From the NCBI GenBank assembly GCA_038817835.1, contig JAWAZI010000003.1, positions 5,074-69,073 on the forward strand: a DNA stretch of 64,000 nucleotides, read 5' to 3'. Positions 39,617-48,153 of this stretch are shown one piece after another. Source of the DNA: Candidatus Pacearchaeota archaeon. GTDB lineage: Archaea; Nanobdellota; Nanobdellia; Pacearchaeales; JAPDKA01. How positions within the stretch are numbered: the first letter of the stretch is position 1; each line of letters starts with the position of its first letter. The notes under the pieces were generated by a model. The model ran no database searches and was not told the origin of the DNA. It was given only the letters and a program-made list of their open reading frames with translations. A program made the translations under genes and the position numbers.

Positions 39617-40026
39617 AAGCTATAAGTGAACTATTAAGTTATGTTTTGCTTATTTTAATTTCTTTAAGTTTAGCTTTAACAGTTTATAGTTTTCTTCAAT
39701 ATAAAGCAAGAATCCCTGAAAAAGTAGAATGTCCTCAAGGAGTTAGCGTTTATGTTGTTAATTATACTTGTAATAATATAGTTGAATTTTATTTAAAAAA
39801 TAGTGGGTTTTGGAATATATCTGGAATAAATATTAAAGTTTATGGAGAGTTAAATAATCTTTGCAATTTTACAGAAACTTTTGAAAATTTGACCCCAGGT
39901 GAAGTAAAAAATTTTTCTATTGGTTGTAGTAATCCGAAGAAATTAGAAATTTTACCTTTTATAAACTCAACAAAAAATAAAAAAATTTATTGCAGTAATG
40001 CTATAATAAGATTGGATATTTGCTAA
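39613..40026 (+). CDS. archaeal type IV pilin-like protein (class III signal peptide, 137 aa)
   Basis: MKA|ISELLSYVLLILISLSLALTVY closely follows the archaeal pilin N-terminal pattern (K-G/A-I/L-S-P/E-x-I/L-A/S-x-x-L-L-I); ATGA overlap with upstream gene. Confidence 0.55.
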   Translation: MKAISELLSYVLLILISLSLALTVYSFLQYKARIPEKVECPQGVSVYVVNYTCNNIVEFYLKNSGFWNISGINIKVYGELNNLCNFTETFENLTPGEVKNFSIGCSNPKKLEILPFINSTKNKKIYCSNAIIRLDIC

Positions 40027-41240
40027 AATAATTTTTTTTGATTTTCTTCTATAATTGGTTTTCCATAAACACCATCATAACCAGGATCAACTTTTATTTT
40101 TCCTTCTCTATTTTTTATTATTAATTCTGCAATTTTATCTTTTACAATTTTTTTTAATTTACTATATTCTACTTTCATTAAAACATTAAATTCATTATCA
40201 AATTCTTTTATTAATTTATTATAAATTTCGCTAACTTTTTTATTATTTAGACTTTTTCCATAGAAATTTGCAATAAGTTCAGTTAGTGGCAATAATTTAA
40301 AAAAAGGTTTTGCATTATCTGGCTTAAAATTTTTTGGTTTATCTGATATTTCATTAACTCTATGCTCTACACCTATTGTTAATTTTTTTCCACATTTTGG
40401 GCATATATTATTTAGCTTAATTGCTTCTTCAGGAGAAAGTTTTATATTGCAATTTCTATGACCATCCCAATGATATTTTCCATATGCAGGATCAACCTCT
40501 ATTGTAGCTTTAATTTTATTTTTTCCATCTTTATTTTTTATTGCATCATAAATTGCGTTATAATCTAATTTATTTAGCTCAAATATTGTTGCTTCTCTAC
40601 CTAAACGCCAGGGCCAATAACTATGACTGTCAGAGAAACTTACTATATTTATTTTTCTTATTTCTTCTATTCTCCATAACATATCTGGAGAAGCACTTAA
40701 GCCTGATTCTACAGCATAAATAAATTTTGTTTTATCCTCAAAAGCTTCACTTAGTTTATTAAATCCTGATTTACTTCCAAATATTCCATACCAAGGAGTC
40801 ATACAATGTGCAGGAATAATAATAATCTTTTTATCTATTTCTAACATTAAATCTAAAAATTCTACACAACTTAATTGTAATGTTGGTCTCGCATCTTTAC
40901 TTAAATCTGTAAATTTACTTAATTTCTCATTTATTTGGTCTGCACATTCCAAATTTGGAGAAAATAATATTAAATGAACTTTTCTTTCTTTATCCTTTAA
41001 ATATGATAAATTTATCTCTGTTGTTAACAAAAAAGCTAAATTATTTCTATATAATATTCCATCTTCCTCAACTAATTTTTTCTTTATTTCTTTAAACCAT
41101 AAAGGATGAGTAAAATCACTTGTTGTTAATAAATTGAGTCCTTTTATTTTAGCATATTTTTCTATATTCTCCAAATTCATATCTTTACTTGTTGCTTTAC
41201 TATATTTACTATGAAAATGTAAATCAGCAATAATTTCCAT
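40023..41240 (-). CDS. PHP-domain nuclease with C-terminal zinc ribbon (endonuclease Q-like)
   Basis: N-terminal DLHFHSKYSKATS PHP metal-binding motif, further His/Asp motifs, CPKCGKK zinc ribbon; about 400 aa as in archaeal EndoQ. Confidence 0.5.
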   Translation of the reverse strand: MEIIADLHFHSKYSKATSKDMNLENIEKYAKIKGLNLLTTSDFTHPLWFKEIKKKLVEEDGILYRNNLAFLLTTEINLSYLKDKERKVHLILFSPNLECADQINEKLSKFTDLSKDARPTLQLSCVEFLDLMLEIDKKIIIIPAHCMTPWYGIFGSKSGFNKLSEAFEDKTKFIYAVESGLSASPDMLWRIEEIRKINIVSFSDSHSYWPWRLGREATIFELNKLDYNAIYDAIKNKDGKNKIKATIEVDPAYGKYHWDGHRNCNIKLSPEEAIKLNNICPKCGKKLTIGVEHRVNEISDKPKNFKPDNAKPFFKLLPLTELIANFYGKSLNNKKVSEIYNKLIKEFDNEFNVLMKVEYSKLKKIVKDKIAELIIKNREGKIKVDPGYDGVYGKPIIEENQKKLF

Positions 41241-41298
41241 TTAATTTTTTTATTTTATTTTTTAAAAATATTTTTAAACTATTAAATATAAAGATAGT

Positions 41299-41652
41299 AT
41301 GCTTGAGAAAAGCATAAGAGAATTTAAAAGTTATAATAATAAGCAAAATCTAGATGAAATAATTAATAATTGTAAGAGGGATGATATTAAAGAAAAATAT
41401 GCAGAAATAAAAAAACAATTTTTATTTTTTCCTGGAGAAAAAGAATTTTTGAAATTTTTAAAAATAACTCCAGAATTTTTTGCTGTAGAAGTTAATGGAA
41501 GTTCTGTAAAGAATTTTTATTATGTTACTAATGCTAAATTTTATAAAAAATCGTTTAAGATAATAAATGGATATGATATTATAAATGAAGCAAATATAAG
41601 TGGAAAATTTCCTATAGATAAGTTTTATTTCATAATAAATAAAAAAATTTAA
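41299..41652 (+). CDS. hypothetical protein (117 aa)
   Basis: No motif recognised. Confidence 0.35.
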   Translation: MLEKSIREFKSYNNKQNLDEIINNCKRDDIKEKYAEIKKQFLFFPGEKEFLKFLKITPEFFAVEVNGSSVKNFYYVTNAKFYKKSFKIINGYDIINEANISGKFPIDKFYFIINKKI

Positions 41653-41675
41653 AATAAATATTAATTTTTTTAATT

Positions 41676-41990
41676 ATGAAAGAAAAAAGCTTAAGGCTTA
41701 TAGGTTTTGATTCTATTGGTGAGGAAGAAATTGATATAGCTAAAAAACTAGTTTCTCATTATTTAAATAGAATAAACAATATTATAGATTATGACGAGTT
41801 AAAAGTTAATTTGAAATTACACGAAAGGAGAAATTTATTTATTCATGAAATTAGAGCAGAATTATTTACTGGGAGCAAAGTATTAGTAGCAACAAGCGAA
41901 AATAAAAATTTATTTTCAGCATTAGCTGATTGTTTTGAAGCTTTACTTGTTGAGATAGATAAAAATTTTAAAAAAAAGAAAAGAAGTTAA
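41676..41990 (+). CDS. ribosome hibernation promoting factor-like protein (HPF/YfiA/RaiA, Ribosomal_S30AE family)
   Basis: LIGFDSIGEEEIDIAKKLVSHYLNRINNII...LKVNLKLHERRNLFIHEIRAELFTGSKVLVATSENKNLFSALADCFEALLVEIDKNFKKKK aligns with E. coli HPF blocks ITGxxVEIT, FDRINQV, and GGEIHASAEGQDMYAAIDxLIDKLxRQLxKHK. Confidence 0.55.
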   Translation: MKEKSLRLIGFDSIGEEEIDIAKKLVSHYLNRINNIIDYDELKVNLKLHERRNLFIHEIRAELFTGSKVLVATSENKNLFSALADCFEALLVEIDKNFKKKKRS

Positions 41991-41991
41991 A

Positions 41992-42246
41992 ATGAAGAGA
42001 TTAAGAAAAAATATAAGGGAAAGAGGTAAAACAAGGCTTAGTGAATACTTTAAAGAATTGAAGGAGGGAGATAGAGTTGCAATTGTTCCTGCATTAGAGT
42101 TTCCGATGAATTTTCATAAACGTTATAGAGGTTTAGTCGGCAATATTATTGGCAAGAGAGGAAGATGCTATATTGTTGAAGTTAAAAAAAATAATAAGAA
42201 AAAATTAATAATAACATATCCGATACATCTTAAAAAAATAAAATGA
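41992..42246 (+). CDS. rpl21e: 50S ribosomal protein L21e
   Basis: 84 aa; L..YFKELKEGDRVAIV...YRGLVGNIIG pattern; conserved position before rpoF. Confidence 0.65.
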   Translation: MKRLRKNIRERGKTRLSEYFKELKEGDRVAIVPALEFPMNFHKRYRGLVGNIIGKRGRCYIVEVKKNNKKKLIITYPIHLKKIK

Positions 42247-42566
42247 AAATAATAAAAAAAACACCGTTAAGTATTCCAGAATTAGAAGAATTTATAAAAG
42301 ATGTAAAAGAGGAAAATAAAAAAATAGAGAGTATAAAAGAATATATTAAAAAATTTGCGAAATTAAATTTTGAGGATGCAAAAAAATTAAGACAAGAATT
42401 AAAAGAACTCAATATTCCAAAACTTGGTGAAGAGCAAATTGTAAAAATAATAGACATACTTCCAGAAGATTCAGATGATTTAAGAAAAATTTTTTTTGGA
42501 ACATCAACTTTAAATCAAGATGAAATACAAAAAATACTTGAAGTTGTTAAAAAATATAAAAAGTAA
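42243..42566 (+). CDS. rpoF: DNA-directed RNA polymerase subunit F (Rpb4 homolog)
   Basis: 107 aa helical acidic protein in the conserved archaeal rpl21e-rpoF-DUF655 arrangement. Confidence 0.55.
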   Translation: MKIIKKTPLSIPELEEFIKDVKEENKKIESIKEYIKKFAKLNFEDAKKLRQELKELNIPKLGEEQIVKIIDILPEDSDDLRKIFFGTSTLNQDEIQKILEVVKKYKK

Positions 42567-42568
42567 AA

Positions 42569-43108
42569 ATGAAAATAAAAGAAGAATATGCAATAGTATT
42601 AGATTATTTGCCTTATGGTTATCCTTTAGAGAAAGAAAGAATTCCTATTATACAAGCTATTGGAATAGATCATTTTACTCTTCTTGAGTTAGTTCCTAAA
42701 AAAGATGCTAAAATAGAATTAAAGGAAAAACTATATATTGGAGAAGGGAAAAGAGAAAAAGTTTATTATATAAGAGGTAGATTAAATCCAGAAAAACTTA
42801 CAGAAACAGCAAAAATAAATTTAAAAGAATTTGTTCATGAAATATTAAATCAAAAACCTGAAATAATAGTTAATTTTTTCAATAATGCTCCTGCAATAAA
42901 TAAAAGGTTGCATAGTATAGAATTATTACCTGGATTTGGAAAGAAGCATACTCAAGATATAATTAAAGCTAGAGAAGAAAAACTTTTTGAAAGTATAGAA
43001 GATATTAAAAAAAGAGTAAAAAATTTACCAGATCCATTTAAATCTGTTGAAAAAAGAATAATTCAAGAATGTACTCAAAAAGAAAAATATAAACTTTTTG
43101 TACATTAA
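42569..43108 (+). CDS. DUF655-family RNA-binding protein (HhH-containing)
   Basis: N-terminal EEYAIVLDYLPYG and HhH LLPGFGKKHTQDII; conserved neighbour of rpoF in archaea. Confidence 0.65.
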   Translation: MKIKEEYAIVLDYLPYGYPLEKERIPIIQAIGIDHFTLLELVPKKDAKIELKEKLYIGEGKREKVYYIRGRLNPEKLTETAKINLKEFVHEILNQKPEIIVNFFNNAPAINKRLHSIELLPGFGKKHTQDIIKAREEKLFESIEDIKKRVKNLPDPFKSVEKRIIQECTQKEKYKLFVH

Positions 43109-43179
43109 ATTTTTCTTTTTTGAATTAATTAGCTTAATAGATAGAGCAATATTTTTAAATTTATAGAATATTTAAAAAA

Positions 43180-43653
43180 ATGGCAAGAGGAAAGGAAAAG
43201 ACAAAAGAAATTGGCCAAGGATTTATTAGATTGCTAGATACAGATATACCTGTTGAAAAATCTGTATTAATTGGATTAACAAAAATTAAAGGAATAAGTT
43301 TTAGTTTAGCTCATGCTATATGTAATTATTTAGAAATTGATAAATTTAAAAAATTAAAAGATCTTAGTGAAGAAGAAATTAAAAAACTTCAGGATATAGA
43401 TAAAATAATAAATTATTTACCCCCTTGGCTTTATAATAGAAGAAGAGATAGAGAAACAAATAAGGATTTACATTTATTTGGTTCAAAACTAGATTTGACT
43501 AAAGAGTTCGATATTAGAAGGTTAAAGAAAATAAAATGTTATAGAGGAATAAGACATAGCTTGGGTTTACCTGTTAGAGGACAAAGGACAAAAAGCCACT
43601 TTAGAAAGGGAGCTACTGTTGGAGTACAAAAAGAAAAATCAAAGAAACGTTAA
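43180..43653 (+). CDS. rps13: 30S ribosomal protein S13
   Basis: IRLLDTDIPVEKSVLIGLTKIKGI...YRGIRHSLGLPVRGQRTKSHFRKG. Confidence 0.85.
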   Translation: MARGKEKTKEIGQGFIRLLDTDIPVEKSVLIGLTKIKGISFSLAHAICNYLEIDKFKKLKDLSEEEIKKLQDIDKIINYLPPWLYNRRRDRETNKDLHLFGSKLDLTKEFDIRRLKKIKCYRGIRHSLGLPVRGQRTKSHFRKGATVGVQKEKSKKR

Positions 43654-43654
43654 A

Positions 43655-44131
43655 ATGAGAAGATTCAAAAATACTTATCTTACACCAAAGAAAAGATGGG
43701 ATAAAGCAAGAATAGAAGAAGAAAAACAGTTGATGAAGGAATATGGTTTAAAAAATAAAAGAGAAATTTACAAAGTTTATGCAATTATTAAGAAAATAAG
43801 AAAAATTGCTAAAAAACTTGTTATAGCTAGTGAAGAAGAAAAAAGAGAATTTATAAAGAAATTATCAAGATATGGATTTGTTAATGAAAATGCAACTTTA
43901 GATGATGTTTTAGCATTAGATAAGAGGAAAATTTTAGATAGAAGATTACAAACAATTGTTTTTAAAAAAGGTTTGGCAAATACAATAAAACAAGCTAGAC
44001 AATTTATAGTTCATGGGCATATTAGTATTAATGGAAAAACTGTAAACGTGCCTAGCTATTTGGTTAAGCTTGATGAAGAAAATTTAATAAGCTTAAATGA
44101 TAAATTAAATAAAATCTTAAAACAAAAATGA
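43655..44131 (+). CDS. rps4: 30S ribosomal protein S4
   Basis: Start moved to ATG 43655; RRLQTIVFKKGLANTIKQARQFIVHGHISINGKTVNVPSYLV S4 domain. Confidence 0.85.
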   Translation: MRRFKNTYLTPKKRWDKARIEEEKQLMKEYGLKNKREIYKVYAIIKKIRKIAKKLVIASEEEKREFIKKLSRYGFVNENATLDDVLALDKRKILDRRLQTIVFKKGLANTIKQARQFIVHGHISINGKTVNVPSYLVKLDEENLISLNDKLNKILKQK

Positions 44132-44517
44132 GCGAGAAAGAAATACCGGGAATAGCATATATTTATAGCACAAACAATAATACAATAGTTCATATAACAG
44201 ATCTTAGCGGATATACTCTTGCTAGAGTTTCAGGAGGAATGGTAACAAAACATGATAGACTAAAAGCAAATCCTACAGTAGCTTTATTTGTTGCAAAATA
44301 TGCTGGAGAAAAAGCTAAAGAATTTGGTATAAATGCTTTATATGTTAGAGTTAGAGGTAGGGGAGGAAAAATAAATCCAATGCCTGGTCCTGGAGCAAGA
44401 AGTGCTATAAAATCTTTAGCAAAACTTGGATTTAAAATTTTGAGCGTGGTTGATGTAACCAGTTTTCCAAGAGGTGGACCTAAACCAAAAGGTGGAAGAA
44501 GGGGAAGAAGAGTTTAA
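44128..44517 (+). CDS. rps11: 30S ribosomal protein S11
   Basis: VHITDLSGYTL...NALYVRVRGRGGKINPMPGPGARSAIKSLAKLGFKI. Confidence 0.85.
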   Translation: MSEKEIPGIAYIYSTNNNTIVHITDLSGYTLARVSGGMVTKHDRLKANPTVALFVAKYAGEKAKEFGINALYVRVRGRGGKINPMPGPGARSAIKSLAKLGFKILSVVDVTSFPRGGPKPKGGRRGRRV

Positions 44518-44518
44518 A

Positions 44519-45283
44519 ATGGATTTAAAAATTATAGATAAAGGAGAAGATTGGATAAAAATAAAAGTTAGTGGTATAAATTATACATTAGCAAATGCAA
44601 TAAGAAGAAGTAGCTATGAAATTGATATTCCTGCTATAGATGAAATAGAAGTTCATAAAAATGATTCTGTTCTCTATGATGAAATATTAGCTAATAGGCT
44701 TGGTTTAATTCCTTTAATTCCTAGTAGAGATTTAAAAAGAAAAGAAGAATGTAGTTGTAAAGGAAAAGGTTGTAAAAGTTGTACTTTAAAATTAAAATTA
44801 GAAGCAAAAGGAAAAGGCATAGTTTATTCTGATAAACTTGTTGGAGAAGCAGAAGCTTTATTTAAAGATATACCTATTGTTTGGCTTGAGGAAGATCAAG
44901 AGATAAAAATAATTGCTAATGTAACTTTAGGAAAAGCAATAGATCATGCAAAGTATCAAGCAGGATTGGTAATTTTTAATCCTTGTTATTATCTTTCAAA
45001 TTTTGATGAAAAATTTATTGAAAATAATGAAAAAATAAAAAATATTATAGAAAAATTTAATATACCATTAAAAAAAGGAGTAGAAATTGATGAAAAACAA
45101 TTTGAAATTTTGGATTGGATAAGAGAAAATTATAAAGAATCAAAAATAAAGCTAGAAATTAGTGATAAAGATTTTATTTTTTATATAGAAACTTATAGCT
45201 ATTTAAAACCACTAGAAATTTTTATTAAATCTTTGGAAGCATTAGAAGAAAATTTAAATAAATTAAACAAAATTTTGAAATAA
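44519..45283 (+). CDS. rpoD: DNA-directed RNA polymerase subunit D (Rpb3 homolog)
   Basis: Start moved to ATG 44519; dimerisation domain plus 4-Cys cluster CSCKGKGCKSC; follows S11 as in archaea. Confidence 0.75.
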   Translation: MDLKIIDKGEDWIKIKVSGINYTLANAIRRSSYEIDIPAIDEIEVHKNDSVLYDEILANRLGLIPLIPSRDLKRKEECSCKGKGCKSCTLKLKLEAKGKGIVYSDKLVGEAEALFKDIPIVWLEEDQEIKIIANVTLGKAIDHAKYQAGLVIFNPCYYLSNFDEKFIENNEKIKNIIEKFNIPLKKGVEIDEKQFEILDWIRENYKESKIKLEISDKDFIFYIETYSYLKPLEIFIKSLEALEENLNKLNKILK

Positions 45284-45366
45284 TATTTTTTTATTCTAAC
45301 TTTTTCTTTTTAGCATTTTAGAATAGTAACATAAAATTTATAAAATAAATACATAAAAATCTCAAG

Positions 45367-45840
45367 ATGGGAGAGCTAGTTACAACAGTGATAAAGGCTA
45401 GTTCTTTTCAAGAAAGAGATAAAGCATTGGAAATATTAAAAAAAATTAAAGAATTTAATGATAGAGATATATTAACTTGTCTTTATGTTTTTGATAATAT
45501 TGGGAATGGGGAATATGAAGGATTTTCTGCTTATGCTAATGATAAACTAGCAGGATTTATACTTTTTACTAAAAATTCTCTAGCTTTAGATGTTTTTGAG
45601 CTTCTTTGGATTGTTGTTGATCCAGATTGGCAAGGAAATGGGATTGGTAGTTTATTAATGGAAAAATTTTTAGAAGAAATGAAAATAAGAAATGCAAGAA
45701 TTATTATTTTACATACTTCAGAACATTATTTAAAAGCTAAATCCTTATATAAAAAATATAATTTTAATTGTGAAGCTGTAATAAAAGATTTTTATGATAT
45801 TGGAGATTCAAAAGAAATTTGGGTTTTGAGATTAAAGTAA
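45367..45840 (+). CDS. GNAT-family N-acetyltransferase
   Basis: VVDPDWQGNGIGSLLMEKFLEE acetyl-CoA binding motif (Q/RxxGxG/A). Confidence 0.8.
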   Translation: MGELVTTVIKASSFQERDKALEILKKIKEFNDRDILTCLYVFDNIGNGEYEGFSAYANDKLAGFILFTKNSLALDVFELLWIVVDPDWQGNGIGSLLMEKFLEEMKIRNARIIILHTSEHYLKAKSLYKKYNFNCEAVIKDFYDIGDSKEIWVLRLK

Positions 45841-46278
45841 ATATATATTACCAATTTTTTTAGATTTATTTTTTTCATAAGCTAAAGCAACTAAAGCTGC
45901 TTTAAAAGCATCATTTATATGCTTATTTTTAAATTTTTTTATTTTTATTGCAGAAGGAAAAGTTTCTATTACAATTATTTTATTTTTGTTAAAATAATTT
46001 TTTAATTTTAAAGCCCTTTTTGCTAATGCTTGCATAGATTTCAATTTTAAACTTAATGGTTTTAAGCCTTTTTTCCTTAATAATTTTTCTGTTTTTCTAT
46101 CTTTTTTTGATTTTGTTAATGGAGCGTCTATAGCTATTATTTTTACAAACTTTAGAAATTTTTTTATTTCTTTATCTTTTTTTACAAGACCAATAAAAAT
46201 TATTTTTCCATTTTTATTTAAAATACATATACCACTATAATTTTTTTCTTTTGCAGCAAGATCCAAGCCAGCATACAT
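45832..46278 (-). CDS. RNase H-fold nuclease-like protein (DUF429/COG2410-like)
   Basis: Start trimmed to internal Met (MYAGLDLAAKEKNYSGICIL...IDAPL) to avoid overlap with proS. YAGxDLA and IDAPL are typical of RuvC/YqgF-like RNase H fold. Confidence 0.45.
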   Translation of the reverse strand: MYAGLDLAAKEKNYSGICILNKNGKIIFIGLVKKDKEIKKFLKFVKIIAIDAPLTKSKKDRKTEKLLRKKGLKPLSLKLKSMQALAKRALKLKNYFNKNKIIVIETFPSAIKIKKFKNKHINDAFKAALVALAYEKNKSKKIGNIYLL

Positions 46279-46310
46279 AAACTTTAAAAGTTTTTTATTT
46301 TTAAAAATTA

Positions 46311-47744
46311 ATGAATATAGAATCACCAAAATTATTACCAAAAAAACAAGATTTTAGTAAATGGTATAATAGGGTTTTATTTTTAGCAGATATTATTGAT
46401 AAACGATATGATGTTAAAGGTTGTTTTGTTTGGAAAAGTTATGGTTATGAAATAATGTTAAAAATAAAAGAAATTTGGGACAATTTATTTAAAAAAAATG
46501 GAATAAAAGAAATGTATTTTCCTTTACTTGTTCCTTTGAAGTATGCTAAAAAAAATAAAAGTTGGTGGGAAGGATTTAAAGATCAGGCTTATTATGTTAT
46601 TGCTGGAGAAAAAGAAAAATATATTTTAAGGCCTACTGGAGAGCCAGCAATGTATCCTATGTTTTCTTTATGGATAAGAAGTTATAAAGATTTACCATTA
46701 AAAATTTACGAAACAGTATCAAGTTTTAGATATGAAACAAAGCATACAAGGCCTCTTATAAGAGATAGAGAAATTACTGTTTGGCATGAAATTCATTGTG
46801 CTTTTGCAACTAAAGAAGAAGCCGATAAAGAAGTAGAATTACATAGAAAAATTTATGATGATTTATGGAGTGAATTATGCATGGAACCTTTAAGTGTAAT
46901 AAAACCTAGTTGGGAATTATTTCCAGGAGCTGTAGGGGCTATTGAGTATTATAGCTATTTTCCTGAATTAGGAAAAGTTATGGAAAATGGAAGCATAAAT
47001 AATTTAGGACAAGCTTATTCAAAAAAATTTGGGATAAAATTTAAGGATAAAGATGGAAAAGAAAAATATGTTTGGCAAGTTTGTACAGGGAATGGAGCAA
47101 GACTTCTTGTTGCAGTTATAGCTATACATGGAGATGATTTTGGTTTAGTTTTACCACCATCAATTGCTCCAATACAAGTAGTTATAGTGCCAATATCAAA
47201 GAAGGAAAATTGGAATATTGTTTTAGAAAAAGCTAAAGAAATTGATAAGAATTTGAAAAAATATGGCATAAAAAGTTTTGTTGATGATAGACAAGACATT
47301 ACCCCTGGAGAAAAATTTTATGAGCATGAGCTTAAAGGAATACCTATTAGAATAGAAATAGGAGAAAAAGAAATATCTGGAAAATATTTAACAATTTTTA
47401 AGAGAAATACAAGGGAAAAAAAGATAATAAATAATGAAAAAGAAATAAAGAATATCTTATTAGAAATAAAAAAAGAAATGCAAGAAAAAGCGAGAAATAT
47501 AATCAATAATGCAATTATTTTTGAAAAAAATAAAGAAAATATTATGAAGCATATAATTAATAAAAAAATTGTGAAAGTTTATTATTGTGGTGATGGAAAT
47601 TGTTTTGATGCTATAAAGGATTTAGGAAAACAAGAAATTGGAATTGAAGTTTTTGGAACTGATTTAAAAAAATATAAAGAAGGAAATTGTATAATCTGTG
47701 ATAAAAAAACAAATCAAATAGGATACATAGCAAGTACAATTTAA
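46311..47744 (+). CDS. proS: prolyl-tRNA synthetase (archaeal/eukaryotic type)
   Basis: Class II motifs, RPTGEPAMYPMF, C-terminal Zn-binding Cys pairs (CGDGNC...CIICDKK). Confidence 0.85.
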   Translation: MNIESPKLLPKKQDFSKWYNRVLFLADIIDKRYDVKGCFVWKSYGYEIMLKIKEIWDNLFKKNGIKEMYFPLLVPLKYAKKNKSWWEGFKDQAYYVIAGEKEKYILRPTGEPAMYPMFSLWIRSYKDLPLKIYETVSSFRYETKHTRPLIRDREITVWHEIHCAFATKEEADKEVELHRKIYDDLWSELCMEPLSVIKPSWELFPGAVGAIEYYSYFPELGKVMENGSINNLGQAYSKKFGIKFKDKDGKEKYVWQVCTGNGARLLVAVIAIHGDDFGLVLPPSIAPIQVVIVPISKKENWNIVLEKAKEIDKNLKKYGIKSFVDDRQDITPGEKFYEHELKGIPIRIEIGEKEISGKYLTIFKRNTREKKIINNEKEIKNILLEIKKEMQEKARNIINNAIIFEKNKENIMKHIINKKIVKVYYCGDGNCFDAIKDLGKQEIGIEVFGTDLKKYKEGNCIICDKKTNQIGYIASTI

Positions 47745-48077
47745 TTATTCTACATTACTTCCTTGAGCTATTTCTTTTTCAGGGGTAATCAAAACAACTT
47801 TATCATTTTTTTTATCAACAGCAGCAAGAAGCATACCTTCACTTTTTACTCCCCTAATTATTGCAGGTTCAAGATTGGTAATAACTATACAAAGTTTATT
47901 TTTTAATTCTTCAATTTTATAATATTTTTTTAATCCTGCTACTAAATTAATTTGCTTTTCTCCAATATCAACTTTTAATATATATAATTTATCTGCATTT
48001 GGATGGTTTTCAACAGTAATTATTTTTCCTACTTTTATTTTCAATTTTTTCCATTCATCAAAGCTTATGTTACTCAT
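47745..48077 (-). CDS. tRNA-binding domain protein (Trbp111/CsaA/EMAP-like OB fold)
   Basis: VGKIITVENHPNADKLYILKVDIGEK...VAGLKKYY...IIRGVKSEGMLLA. Confidence 0.75.
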   Translation of the reverse strand: MSNISFDEWKKLKIKVGKIITVENHPNADKLYILKVDIGEKQINLVAGLKKYYKIEELKNKLCIVITNLEPAIIRGVKSEGMLLAAVDKKNDKVVLITPEKEIAQGSNVE

Positions 48078-48153
48078 TTTATTCTAAAATTAGAATTATT
48101 TATAAATTTTTTAATAAAATTTATAAAATGCTAAATATAAATTTTTAAAAGAG

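Noticed and set aside
46279-46341. Longer start for the DUF429-like gene (MVIILVILYSLIF...)
   Set aside because: It would overlap the proS start by 30 nt on the opposite strand. The conserved YAGLDLA N-terminus begins at the internal Met.
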